A stretch of DNA of 64,000 bases. It comes from Eledone cirrhosa (lineage: Eukaryota). Where the stretch lies: NCBI GenBank assembly GCA_964016885.1, contig OZ024743.1:75330001-75394000 (forward strand), in the 5' to 3' direction. The stretch's first letter is position 1. Every line of letters starts with the position of its first letter. The notes below the pieces were generated by a model. It searched no databases. It was not told the origin of the DNA and saw only the letters and a program-made list of their open reading frames with translations. The position numbers and the translations under genes are program-made. Shown piece by piece: positions 14,001 through 29,000 of the stretch.

Positions 14001-17000
14001 TCTCTAGCATACTGCCTTTCAATTCAGAATACTTCCTGAAATCATCAGCCATGATAAGGAGGTTACCATTGTTTGTCACCAATGAAGTCTGCAGTAGGTC
14101 CTCATAAAAGTGGTCATTCTGTTCATTCACAATTCCAGCTTGTACAAAGACTATAGTAGCTATTGAAGTGTCCAAGACTAGTATAAATTTAATTATCCTA
14201 TTATACACCCTTCGACAGCTATAAACATGGACATGCACATCTACATGTCCATACATACAGATATCTCCACCCATATATGTACAATATGTTTATATAAAAA
14301 TAACATATATGTATGTAGATCTGTATAAATATACCACATACACTGATAGAGCCAGGAGGGTGTATACAAATTTTCTGCTCTTATGGGGTCAACTGGAGAA
14401 AGAGGGTGAGTGAAAATATGGGGTTAAAAGTTAGTTTGGAGGGATCGCTGTGTTAAAGTAGTGTTTTCATTGAAGATTAACAAAACTTATACCATAAAAT
14501 TATTATGGATGGTTGTTAGATAACTATAAATACTTTAAAATAAACAACTTTGTATCATAGAACCAGGGTCAGTTTAGTATAAAAAGGGTTAATATTCTGT
14601 GTAAGATTCATCAACTTTATTTCTCTAATACTAAGGGCGGTGAATTGGCAGTATCGGTAGAGGGTTGGACGCCATACTTTCTAGCATAGTTACGTCCCTT
14701 TACAGTCTGAGTTCAAATCCCGCCAAGGTTAACTTTGCCTTTCATCCTTACGGGGTCGATAAAATAAAGTACCAGTAATGTACTGGGTAATTGCTGGCCT
14801 TGTGCCTAAAGTAGAAACATTTATTTCTCTAATACTGTTGTAGTCTTTTGATTCTCCATTCTAAATATTTTACTTCATTTTATTATGCTGATGTCTTTGA
14901 AAATGACATTAATATCAAAACCATTAACCCTTTAGCATTCACATTACTCTATATATACTATTGTATTTTTCACAGTAAAGGCTTTACCTCACATAATTAT
15001 TTTGCATGATATTGAATCTATGAGACTTTGATGTCATTTATTTTGAGAACAATACCTTAACATAAGTATGACGGACTGGTTATGGCCAATTTGAACACAG
15101 AGAGATGAGAGAATTCTAGCCAGATATGGCCAGTTTAAATGCTAAAGGGTTGACTTCAAAACCACATATTTTACTTTGTGTATACTCTCGGGTCTCAAAT
15201 AATCGTCCCCTGCTTATAATTATAAATTTTTCAGATTTCTTTCCAAAGCCCTGCTCTTATCAACACTCCCCTCCCTCCCCCTGCTTATTAAATTTTGCTA
15301 ATCTATCTCTGCCAAAATTTTATTTTAAGTGGTAATGTTCCTGAGACAATTTTTTTATACATTAAAAAACATTAAACATGACAAAAAAAGTACATTACTA
15401 GAAATCCCTTACATTGTAAAATAAATAGAATGGGTTTGGGGTCTCAATATGTAAACTAAACAACTAATCCTCTTTTTTCCTTTGTAGCTGTGTATCAGCC
15501 GGTTGAGCTTGTGGCCAGAATACCCAGATATTCTGCAGCTCTCCGAACATAGTAAGTAATTTTTGATTTGTACAATTGATGACTGCGTGAGTGTGATAGT
15601 CTTCTTATTATCATTGTATGATATATGCACAATAGTTAGAGTGATAGTGAAGTAATATATTGCTTGTCTACTTACTAAATAGATACCTTCATACAAACCT
15701 CTTCCTCGTCTCTCCACTTTTATGTTCTTTCTTTAATTAAATATATAACAATAGGGTAATCATCATCATTATTACTGTTTAATGTCCAGTTTTCCATGCT
15801 AACTTACATGAGTTGTCCAGATGTGAACCAAGCCAAGATCAGATGATCATGTCTTGCTTACACTGGACTGGTTTTGGCTTGGTTTCTATGGCTGGATGCC
15901 CTTCCTAACGCCAACCACATTTACAATGTGGACTAGATACCTTTACAGAGTGGACTGGGTGCTTTTTGTCATGACACCTACATGACCACTTTACTGAGTG
16001 GACTGGGAGCTGTTTGTCATGACACCTACATGACCACTTTACAGTGTGTACTGGGTGCCTTTTATCATGACACCTACATGACCACTTTACAGTATGGACT
16101 GGGTGCTTTTTGTCATGACAGGCTACACAACCACTTTACTGTGTGGACTGGGTGCATTTTGTTGTGACAGGCTACACAACCATTTTACAGTGTGGACAAA
16201 GTGCATTTTGTTGTGATACCTACATAGCCAATTTAACTTCATTATGAAAAGTTGTTTCTCTATACAGTATTATTACCTTTTGTTATTTACTGATTATTCT
16301 TGTTTGTTTCAGGGGGAATTCGAGATATCCATGATGTATTGCTACTTTATCTATGGGGTTTGATGAATGACAAACCCCTAATAGCTCCATCTGTGTTGCA
16401 CCTTCTCACAGATATGGACTCTTGGCCTGGTCTCTCTCTCACTCAACTACGAATGATCAGGTAAGCATCTATATATATATAATAATTGTTTTTACTTTTG
16501 GCACAAGGCCAGCAAATACCTAGTACATTACTGGTACTTTATTTTATTGACCCCGTAAGGATGAAAAGCAAAGCTAACCTCAACGGGATTTGAACTCAGA
16601 CCGTAACGGGACGTAACTATGCTAGAAAGCATGGCGTCCAATCCTCCATCAATACTGCCAATTCACTGCCCTTCTATATATATAATAATGGAAATTATTG
16701 TGTACAATGCTCAGGTGCACTACAACTCATCAAAGGTGTATGTATAATACATAGAATAAGGTAGAAATGTCAGGACAGTGAACTGTGTAAGAGTCATGAT
16801 ATACACAGATACATGCATGCATGTGTATGGAGGTGGAATATCAGGTGTGGTGTTGGTGAATTTCAGAAAGTATGGAAGTTTTGAAGGATGCACTGTCCTG
16901 ACAGCTAACTGATGCAGGTAGTTTGTTCTATGCTTCAGCAACGCTGTGCGTGAAAAAGTGCTTCCGAAAGTCATGGGAGCTGTGCTGTTTTCTGATTTTG

Positions 17001-20000
17001 TGTTATTCAAAATGTTTTACATCTTTGAAATTTATTAAAACACTAAATCATTTTGATTTAAAAGTATTTTTTGTTTGTTTTTGTTTAATTCAGTTTTCAA
17101 CTACTTTATTTTTAGATGCCTCTTATCATTGGATAAGAATACACGCAAACTCATAATCATGGGAGAACATAGTTTTGATCTCGTAAGTATCTCTTTAATG
17201 AAATAAATTATTTTGTATTTAGGTTCTTACCCCGAGATTTACCTTCACAATCCCCATGCACCTTCCCGACCTAAGTCTCCAGTCCACACTGTAAAGTAGT
17301 TGTGTAGGTGTCACAACAAAAGGCACCCAGTCCACACTGTAAAGTGGTCATGTAGATGTCACTACAAAAAGAACCCAGCCCACACTGTAAATGTAGTTGG
17401 CATTAGTAAGATCACCCAGCCACAGTCACCCTGACTTCCAGGGCAAGTTCCCTCTCCCTCAATCCCAGGTGTCCTCCTTCAATTAATAATAATGACTTTT
17501 GTTATTTGTAGCATGGTCAGTCTTCTCAACCATCACTTTCATCATCCAGTTCAACATTTGCATCTAACAATAAAGAATCACTGAAGTATCTTCATACATT
17601 GCTCATGTTCAAGTTTATTCAGTCTTACATTGTCAATACCTTGATTCCACGTATCACAGAACTGGATAATTTAGGTAAGTATTCCTAGCACCTCGTCTAT
17701 AATCTTTCCTAACACCTCACCTATAATCTTTCCTAACACCTCACCTATAATCTTTCCTTACACCTCATCTATAATCTTTCCTAACACCTCACCTATAATC
17801 TTTCCTAACACCTCACCTATAATCTTTCCTAACACCTCGTCTATAATCTTTCCTAACACCTCGTCTATAATCTTTCCTAACACCTCGTCTATAATCTTTC
17901 CTAACACCTCGTCTATAATCTTTCCTAACACCTCGTCTATAATCTTTCCTAACACCTCACCTATAATCTTTCCTAACACCTCGTCTATAATCTTTCCTAA
18001 CACCTCGTCTATAATCTTTCCTAACACCTCACCTATAATCTTTCCTAACACCTCACCTATAATCTTTCCTAACACCTCGTCTATAATCTTTCCTAACACC
18101 TCACCTATAATCTTTCCTAACACCTCACCTATAATCTTTCCTAACACCTTGTCTATAATCTTTCCTAACTCCTCACCTATAATATTTCCTAACACCTCAC
18201 CTATAATCTTTCCTAACACCTCACCTATAATCTTTCCTAACACCTCACCTATAATCTTTCCTAACACCTCACCTATAATCTTTCCTAACACCTCACCTAT
18301 AATCTTTCCTAACACCTCACCTATAATCTTTCCTAACACCTCGTCTATAATCTTTCCTAACACCTCACCTATAATCTTTCCTAACACCTCACCTATAATC
18401 TTTCCTAACACCTCGTCTATAATCTTTCCTAACACCTCACCTATAATCTTTCCTAACACCTCACCTATAATCTTTCCTAACACCTCGTCTATAATCTTTC
18501 CTAACACCTCACCTATAATCTTTCCTAACACCTAACCTATAATCTTTCCTAACACCTCGTCTATAATCTTTCCTAACACCTCACCTATAATCTTTCCTAA
18601 CACCTCACCTATAATCTTTCCTAACACCTCACCTATAATCTTTCCTAACACCTCACCTATAATCTTTCCTAACACCTCACCTATAATCTTTCCTAACACC
18701 TTGTCTATAATCTTTCCTAACACCTTGTCTATAATCTTTCCTAACTCCTCACCTATAATCTTTCCTAACACCTCACCTATAATCTTTCCTAACACCTCAC
18801 CTATAATCTTTCCTAACACCTCACCTATAATCTTTCCTAACACCTCGTCTATAATCTTTCCTAACAACTCACCTATAATCTTTCCTAACACCTCACCTAT
18901 AATCTTTCCTAATACCCTGTCTATAATCTTTCCTAACTCCTCACCTATAATCTTTCCTAACACCTCACCTATAATCTTTCCTAACACCTCACCTATAATC
19001 TTTCCTAACACCTCACCTATAATCTTTCCTAACACCTCGTCTATAATCTTTCCTAACACCTCACCTATAATCTTTCCTAACACCTTGTCTATAATCTTTC
19101 CTAACACCTTGTCTATAATCTTTCCTAACACCTTGTCTATAATCTTTCCTAACTCCTCACCTATAATCTTTCCTAACACCTCACCTATAATCTTTCCTAA
19201 CACCTCACCTATAATCTTTCCTAACACCTCACCTATAATCTTTCCTAACTCCTCACCTATAATCTTTCCTAACACCTCACCTATAATCTTTCCTAACACC
19301 TTGTCTATAATCTTTCCTAACACCTTGTCTATAATCTTTCCTAACTCCTCACCTATAATCTTTCCTAACACCTCACCTATAATCTTTCCTAACACCTCAC
19401 CTATAATCTTTCCTAACACCTCACCTATAATCTTTCCTAACTCCTCACCTATAATCTTTCCTAACACCTCACCTATAATCTTTCCTAACACCTCACCTAT
19501 AATCTTTCCTAACACCTCACCTATAATCTTACCTAACACCTCACCTATAATCTTTCCTAACACCTCGTCTATAATCTTTCCTAACACCTCACCTATAATC
19601 TTTCCTAACACCTCACCTATAATCTTTCCTAATACCTTGTCTATAATCTTTCCTAACTCCTCACCAATAATCTTTCCTAACACCTCACCTATAATCTTTC
19701 CTAACACCTCACCTATAATCTTTCCTAACACCTCACCTATAATCTTTCCTAACACCTCGTCTATAATCTTTCCTAACACCTCGTCTATAATCTTTCCTAA
19801 CACCTCGTCTATAATCTTTCCTAACACCTCGTCTATAATCTTTCCTAACACCTTGTCTATAATCTTTCCTAACACCTTGTCTATAATCTTTCCTAACTCC
19901 TCACCTATAATCTTTCCTAACACCTCGTCTATAATCTTTCCTAACACCTCACCTATAATCTTTCCTAACACCTCACCTATAATCTTTCCTAACACCTCAC

Positions 20001-23000
20001 CTATAATCTTTCCTAACACCTCACCTATAATCTTTCCTAACACCTCGTCTATAATCTTTCCTAACACCTCACCTATAATCTTTCCTAACACCTCACCTAT
20101 AATCTTTCCTAATACCTTGTCTATAATCTTTCCTAACTCCTCACCTATAATCTTTCCTAACACCTCACCTATAATCTTTCCTAACACCTCACCTATAATC
20201 TTTCCTAACACCTCACCTATAATCTTTCCTAACACCTCGTCTATAATCTTTCCTAACACCTCGTCTATAATCTTTCCTAACACCTCGTCTATAATCTTTC
20301 CTAACACCTAGCCTATAATCTTTCCTAACACCTTGTCTATAATCTTTCCTAACACCTTGTCTATAATCTTTCCTAACTCCTCACCTATAATCTTTCCTAA
20401 CACCTCGTCTATAATCTTTCCTAACACCTCACCTATAATCTTTCCTAACACCTCACCTATAATCTTTCCTAACACCTCACCTATAATCTTTCCTAACACC
20501 TCGTCTATAATCTTTCCTAACACCTCGTCTATAATCTTTCCTAACACCTCACCTATAATCTTTCCTAACTCCTCACCTATAATCTTTCCTAACACCTCAC
20601 CTATAATCTTTCCTAACACCTCACCTATAATCCTTCCTAACACCTCACCTATAATCTTTCCTAACACCTCACCTATAATCTTTCCTAACACCTCACCTAT
20701 AATCTTTCCTAACACCTCGTCTATAATCTTTCTTAACACCTCGTCTATAATCTTTCCTAACACCTCACCTATAATCTTTCCTAACTCCTCACCTATAATC
20801 TTTCCTAACACCTCACCTATAATCTTTCCTAACACCTCACCTATAATCTTTCCTAACACCTCACCTATAATCTTTCCTAACACCTCGTCTATAATCTTTC
20901 CTAACACCTCACCTATAATCTTTCCTAACACCTCACCTATAATCTTTCCTAACACCTCGTCTATAATCTTTCCTAACACCTCACCTATAATCTTTCCTAA
21001 CACCTCACCTATAATCTTTCCTAACACCTCACCTATAATCTTTCCTAACACCTCACCTATAATCTTTCCTAACACCTCACCTATAATCTTTCCTAACACC
21101 TTGTCTATAATCTTTCCTAACACCTTGTCTATAATCTTTCCTAACTCCTCACCTATAATCTTTCCTAACACCTCACCTATAATCTTTCCTAACACCTCAC
21201 CTATAATCTTTCCTAACACCTCACCTATAATCTTTCCTAACACCTCGTCTATAATCTTTCCTAACAACTCACCTATAATCTTTCCTAACACCTCACCTAT
21301 AATCTTTCCTAATACCCAGTCTATAATCTTTCCTAACTCCTCACCTATAATCTTTCCTAACACCTCACCTATAATCTTTCCTAACACCTCACCTATAATC
21401 TTTCCTAACACCTCACCTATAATCTTTCCTAACACCTCGTCTATAATCTTTCCTAACACCTCACCTATAATCTTTCCTAACACCTTGTCTATAATCTTTC
21501 CTAACACCTTGTCTATAATCTTTCCTAACACCTTGTCTATAATCTTTCCTAACTCCTCACCTATAATCTTTCCTAACACCTCACCTATAATCTTTCCTAA
21601 CACCTCACCTATAATCTTTCCTAACACCTCACCTATAATCTTTCCTAACTCCTCACCTATAATCTTTCCTAACACCTCACCTATAATCTTTCCTAACACC
21701 TTGTCTATAATCTTTCCTAACACCTTGTCTATAATCTTTCCTAACTCCTCACCTATAATCTTTCCTAACACCTCACCTATAATCTTTCCTAACACCTCAC
21801 CTATAATCTTTCCTAACACCTCACCTATAATCTTTCCTAACTCCTCACCTATAATCTTTCCTAACACCTCACCTATAATCTTTCCTAACACCTCACCTAT
21901 AATCTTTCCTAACACCTCACCTATAATCTTTCCTAACACCTCACCTATAATCTTTCCTAACACCTCGTCTATAATCTTTCCTAACACCTCACCTATAATC
22001 TTTCCTAACACCTCACCTATAATCTTTCCTAATACCTTGTCTATAATCTTTCCTAACTCCTCACCTATAATCTTTCCTAACACCTCACCTATAATCTTTC
22101 CTAACACCTCACCTATAATCTTTCCTAACACCTCACCTATAATCTTTCCTAACACCTCACCTATAATCTTTCCTAACACCTCACCTATAATCTTTCCTAA
22201 CACCTTGTCTATAATCTTTCCTAACACCTTGTCTATAATCTTTCCTAACACCTTGTCTATAATCTTTCCTAACTCCTCACCTATAATCTTTCCTAACACC
22301 TCACCTATAATCTTTCCTAACACCTCACCTATAATCTTTCCTAACACCTCACCTATAATCTTTCCTAACTCCTCACCTATAATCTTTCCTAACACCTCAC
22401 CTATAATCTTTCCTAACACCTTGTCTATAATCTTTCCTAACACCTTGTCTATAATCTTTCCTAACTCCTCACCTATAATCTTTCCTAACACCTCACCTAT
22501 AATCTTTCCTAACACCTCACCTATAATCTTTCCTAACACCTCACCTATAATCTTTCCTAACTCCTCACCTATAATCTTTCCTAACACCTCACCTATAATC
22601 TTTCCTAACACCTCACCTATAATCTTTCCTAACACCTCACCTATAATCTTTCCTAACACCTCACCTATAATCTTTCCTAACACCTCGTCTATAATCTTTC
22701 CTAACACCTCACCTATAATCTTTCCTAACACCTCACCTATAATCTTTCCTAATACCTTGTCTATAATCTTTCCTAACTCCTCACCTATAATCTTTCCTAA
22801 CACCTCACCTATAATCTTTCCTAACACCTCACCTATAATCTTTCCTAACACCTCACCTATAATCTTTCCTAACACCTCGTCTATAATCTTTCCTAACACC
22901 TCGTCTATAATCTTTCCTAACACCTCGTCTATAATCTTTCCTAACACCTCGTCTATAATCTTTCCTAACACCTTGTCTATAATCTTTCCTAACACCTTGT

Positions 23001-26000
23001 CTATAATCTTTCCTAACTCCTCACCTATAATCTTTCCTAACACCTCGTCTATAATCTTTCCTAACACCTCACCTATAATCTTTCCTAACACCTCACCTAT
23101 AATCTTTCCTAACACCTCACCTATAATCTTTCCTAACACCTCACCTATAATCTTTCCTAACACCTCGTCTATAATCTTTCCTAACACCTCACCTATAATC
23201 TTTCCTAACACCTCACCTATAATCTTTCCTAATACCTTGTCTATAATCTTTCCTAACTCCTCACCTATAATCTTTCCTAACACCTCACCTATAATCTTTC
23301 CTAACACCTCACCTATAATCTTTCCTAACACCTCACCTATAATCTTTCCTAACACCTCGTCTATAATCTTTCCTAACACCTCGTCTATAATCTTTCCTAA
23401 CACCTCGTCTATAATCTTTCCTAACACCTCGCCTATAATCTTTCCTAACACCTTGTCTATAATCTTTCCTAACACCTTGTCTATAATCTTTCCTAACTCC
23501 TCACCTATAATCTTTCCTAACACCTCGTCTATAATCTTTCCTAACACCTCACCTATAATCTTTCCTAACACCTCACCTATAATCTTTCCTAACACCTCAC
23601 CTATAATCTTTCCTAACACCTCGTCTATAATCTTTCCTAACACCTCGTCTATAATCTTTCCTAACACCTCACCTATAATCTTTCCTAACTCCTCACCTAT
23701 AATCTTTCCTAACACCTCACCTATAATCTTTCCTAACACCTCACCTATAATCCTTCCTAACACCTCACCTATAATCTTTCCTAACACCTCACCTATAATC
23801 TTTCCTAACACCTCACCTATAATCTTTCCTAACACCTCGTCTATAATCTTTCTTAACACCTCGTCTATAATCTTTCCTAACACCTCACCTATAATCTTTC
23901 CTAACTCCTCACCTATAATCTTTCCTAACACCTCACCTATAATCTTTCCTAACACCTCACCTATAATCTTTCCTAACACCTCACCTATAATCTTTCCTAA
24001 CACCTCGTCTATAATCTTTCCTAACTCCTCACCTATAATCTTTCCTAACACCTCACCTATAATCTTTCCTAACACCTCACCTATAATCTTTCCTAACACC
24101 TCACCTATAATCTTTCCTAACACCTCGTCTATAATCCTTCCTAACACCTCACCTATAATCTTTCCTAACACCTCGTCTATAATCCTTCCTAACACCTCAC
24201 CTATAATCTTTACTAACACCTCGTCTATAATCTTTCCTAACTCCTCACCTATAATCTTTCCTAACACCTCACCTATAATCTTTCTTAACTCCTCGTCTAT
24301 AATCTTTCCTAACACCTCATCTATAATCTTTCCTAACACCTCGTCTATAATCCTTCCTAACACCTCGTCTATAATCTTTCCTAACACCTCACCTATAATC
24401 TTTCTTAACTCCTCGTCTATAATCTTTCCTAACACCTCATCTATAATCTTTCCTAACACCTTGTCTATAATCTTTCCTAACTCCTCACCTATAATCTTTC
24501 CTAACACCTCACCTATAATCTTTCTTAACTCCTCACCTATAATCTTTCCTAACACCTCACCTATAATCTTTCCTAACACCTCGTCTATAATCTTTCCTAA
24601 CACCTCGTCTATAATCTTTCCTAACACCTCGTCTATAATCCTTCCTAACACCTCACCTATAATCTTTCTTAACTCCTCCTTTCAGTTAGTATAATTCACA
24701 TTTAGCTACAAAATTAGTTTCGCGGATACCTGAATGCATTCATGAGTTTTATATCGAAAAATAATTATATTAAATTTATTTTCAAGCAAACAGGCTCATA
24801 ACTCTGTTTTTTAAATGACCATCACCATCAGTTTGTTCTAACAGTGACAGAGAGAAATAGTTGACTACAATATTTTTTCTGGGTTATTGCGCTTCGTTAA
24901 GAATGTGTATATTTCTTCTGTCACTCATTAGAACCCTTGAGAATACATAGTATTCTCTAAGTATACATCGGCTGTTTAGCCTAATTTGCATACTGAGCAA
25001 TGTTACTCTCTGAGACCACTAGAATAAAAGATGGTGATAGTCATCTATATCATAGCGTAATGAGGCTGTTAGTTTGCAAATGAATCAAATATTAATATTC
25101 AATATAAAACTCATATTTAGCAATTTTACTGAATTGATTCACCCCAACTTATCACAAAACTAGTTTAACTATGTGTTGTTAAAATAGAAGAAGGAAATAA
25201 AGAAAGGTGATGCACAAGACAAGTTTACACACACATCTTCACCCTCACCAGCTCTCAAACCAGTAAAATAGTTTTGCACAATTTCTGGTTTGAGAGCTAA
25301 TGAGGGTGAAGATGTGTGTGTGTAAACTTGTCTTGTACATCGATTTTATTTATTTCCTCTTCCAGTCATTTGTGTGTTCCAGTGAACTACTCCTTGTCCT
25401 CCTTCTCTTTCAATCTTTTCTATATTTCATCTGCCTGTCACCCACCTTGTGGATTGTCTCTTTGCTGACCATTAGCCGCTGGTTTCTGTCCTCTGTGGCA
25501 TTTTTGGCCATCGCTATCTTTGACAGCATTTAGCTGTTTTAACGGCTGTTTTAGCGATGAGTTGTATTCACTCAAATATACTCTCACTTTGTCTCGATCA
25601 GAGACAACATTGTTTTATATATATATATAGGGAGAGAGAGAGAGAGAGAGAGAGAGATGTAGACCATGTGAATCCAGTTTAGAATATGTGCACCATATCC
25701 CTGACATAAGAAGCTACTAAAAGGGTTAGTGTCAGGAAGGGCATCAATCAGGATGTAAAACATTGCCTCAAAAAAAACCATCCAACCCATGCCAGCATGG
25801 AAAAGTTGACAAAAACAATGATGATGATGATGATAATATTGCCTTCGGTTGAATATCTATTTAAATACATATATCTTATAAATTCCTCCTTTGATCTGTC
25901 TAACCTTTCAGAACTTCTTTTTGTCTTTTACAGAATTAAGAATTATTTCCTCAATCTGCCAATGGCTAAATGCTCGGATGTATCACTTCTCCAGATGGGA

Positions 26001-29000
26001 TTCTATTGCAGCTATGGTCAAGAAAATGCTCTCTTCTATAGAACATTCAATCATCATATTTGAGGAAGATTGTCCAATTTGTGGAGAACATATCCTTTTA
26101 TCCTGTTAAAACAACAAAGAAAAGTTATTTTACAAAATCTTCAACATCATCATCATTGAATGTCCATTTTTCAACCCTTGTTAGTAAGGAAAATTAACAT
26201 TAAATTATGATTGTGATGGCTAGATCAACACAGAACATGTCATTACTTAACCGTTTCTGTTCAAACTGGCTGTAACTGGCCACTCATACTGATGTCAAGG
26301 TATTGTTCTCAAAATAAATAATACCAAAATCTCATAGATTTGATATTATGTGAGATAAAGCCTTTACTGTGAAAATATAATAGTATATATAGAGTAATGT
26401 AAATTCTAAAGGGTTAATGAAAGTGTGGAAGAATGGACGTAAAACGGTGATGATGATGATGAGACTGGCCTCTTAGACAAGGTGGGGAGTGGGGACTATC
26501 TCACATATGTTCCCACACTTTAGACAATGCACTGGGTGTATTTTATTATGACTAAGACTGTTGTCATATATTAGATATGACTGATAAATCCTCCCAACCC
26601 ATTGATTTCTATATTTACATTATATGTAGGGACCCATAACACTTGAAGGAGTCATAGGGGCACCATATTCACATACAACATTTCTAGGGTTTTATAAAAC
26701 CTGGCGGAGCCCATCTCCTCTCCAGGATATTTATATTAGGAACATCTAACTAATGTTAAATTAATGGGTTGGTAGAAATAATTGTTTCTATTTTTGGCAC
26801 AAGGCCAGCAATTATCCAGTGTAATACTGGTACTTTATTTTATCGACCCCGTAAGGATGAAAGGCAAAGTTAACCTCGGCGGGATTTGAACTCAGAATGG
26901 AAAGGGCCGTAACTCTTTGCATCAAAGAATGGCATCCGACCCTCTACCGATACTGCCAATCCACCACCTAGAAATAATAGTGACAGATTCTATATGTTCA
27001 ACACAGCAGCTACATGTTGGAAGAAGGCTCGTGGTAAGCCCTGCACCAGATGACTGGATGTCATCAGGGTAGATCTCCAGAAGCTCGACATCACTTTGGA
27101 GGATGTAGAGGGGCTGGCACGGGAACTCCAGTGATGGAGGGCACTGGTGGACCTGGTCGACTTTACACCTGATGATGCCTCTAGGATCACTGACCTACGA
27201 TGACCCTAGTCTCATCAAGCAAGAGCAAGAAGATTCTCTATGTACATAACCTGTTGTTTTATGAATGGAATATGGTGCTGCCCCAGCATGGCACCAGCCT
27301 GTCTGCTGGAACATGTAATAGAGTAATATAGAATAACTGATATTCAGTTTCTTTATCAAACATTAACAAAGTCAATTATATAGGTACAGGCTTCATACAA
27401 TTCTGTCAACCCAACACCATCGTCATTTTTTTATTTTGCGTTCCAACCGAGAGGCTGAGGCCATGCTGGGGCATTGGTACATTAATTTATCAAACTCAAT
27501 GAAGGACAAAGTTGAGTTTGACAGAATTTCAGAGAGAAGAAGACCGAAATAAATACTGCAAGGCATTTTGTCCTACATTCTAAAAATAGTCATGAATTTG
27601 GGGTAATAACCAAAAGAATACGATTACAAATACAAGCAGCCGAAATAGGGTCCATCTGAAGGGTCTTTAGAGTAATGTTACTCAATGAAGTGCGTAGCTC
27701 GGAGATCAGAGAATCACTCCAAGTAGAACCACTATTTCACAGATTTGGGTGATCACAGCTCCGATACTATAGGCATATTGTTAGAATGTCTCGGGGAAAG
27801 AATCACTCACGGATTTTACGGTCAAAACCAACCGGTAGGAGACTCAGGGGTAGACCCCAAACAAAATGGTTGGATAACATCTATGTGCTTGGTTGGTCTT
27901 GCTTGGTGATCCAGTTGGATCTGTTGGAGACGGTTGCTTCTGACAGGACCCTATGGAGGGAGTGCTTGAGGACTCTGTCCCCACAACTCTCTCAGGAACA
28001 AGTGGGCAGAAAAGAGGATTCTAAAAATTTTGGCAACAGTTTTACCTATTATATATGCTTAAAAGCAGCTTAAAGTTATTCTTAAATTTGAATTGTAGTT
28101 TTTTATTTATAACATAATATAATTGCTAAATGTTAATGGACATTGTTGAAGAGTTAGAAAGATTTGTTGAAAGATATACAATATGAAAAGTGACGAATTG
28201 GCAGAGTTTTTAGAACATTGGAGAGAATACTTTATAGTATTTGTTTTTGCTCTCTGAGTTCGAATCTTGCTGAGGTCAACTTTGCCTTTCATCCTTTCAA
28301 GGTCGATAAAAAAAGTACCAGTCTAGTACTGGGGTCGATTCTTCCTCTATATCTCTTTCTCACTTCCTCTCTCACCCTCTCTATCCTTCTCTGGAAGAAA
28401 TCTGCTGTATTCAGGACTGAATAGGGATGGTCTCCACCAGGTTTTAAAATGCCCTAGAAACGCTGTATGTCAATATGATACCCCTACAACTCCCTCGGGA
28501 GTTACAGGTAAAAATGAAAAAGAAAGAAGATACAATATGGAGACATGCTAACAAAGTGACCAAATCAACAGCTGTGATATTTTGTTATTTATTATTGTAA
28601 ACTATATTCAGTATTTAACCCTTTAGCATTTAAACCAAACATATCCGGCCAGAATCCTCTTACCTCTTTCTGTTCAAACCAGCTGTAACTGGCCGCTCAT
28701 ACTGATATTAAGCTATTCTCAAAATAAATATCATCAAAATCTCATAGATTTGATATTATGTGAGATAAAGTTTTTACCACAAAAATGTAATAGTAAATAT
28801 AGAGTAATGTGAATGCTAAAGGGTTAAACCAGTGATGTCATGGCAGTTACTTTAAAATGTTGAATTGTTCCTTAACTATTTTACTTCTTGAAGATGTGGA
28901 TGTTATGTCAGTAGCCTGTTCTGGAAACCATACATTTGGTAAGTGTTTTCTCTCTTGAAGATATGTGTGTGTGTGTGTGTGTGTGTGTGACAGCTCACAC

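Larger units (their letters stand above)
26090..28884 (+). other. U12-type (minor spliceosome) AT-AC intron, 2795 bp
   Basis: 5' ATATCCTTTT at 26090, branch site TTCCTTAAC at 28868-28876, terminal AC at 28883-28884. Splicing gives in-frame CPICGELLEDVDVMSVAC. Confidence 0.9.

Noticed and set aside
17758-24694. ORFs of 257-1453 aa on both strands as real genes
   Set aside because: They follow trivially from a stop-free 24-bp unit. The starts are GTG/TTG within the repeat, there is no unique domain, and the array lies in an intron of a phase-consistent gene.
26105-28893. Conventional GT-AG intron as the main splice form
   Set aside because: The donor GTTAAA is weak, while a full U12 donor, branch site and AC acceptor are present and give the conserved 13-residue spacer.
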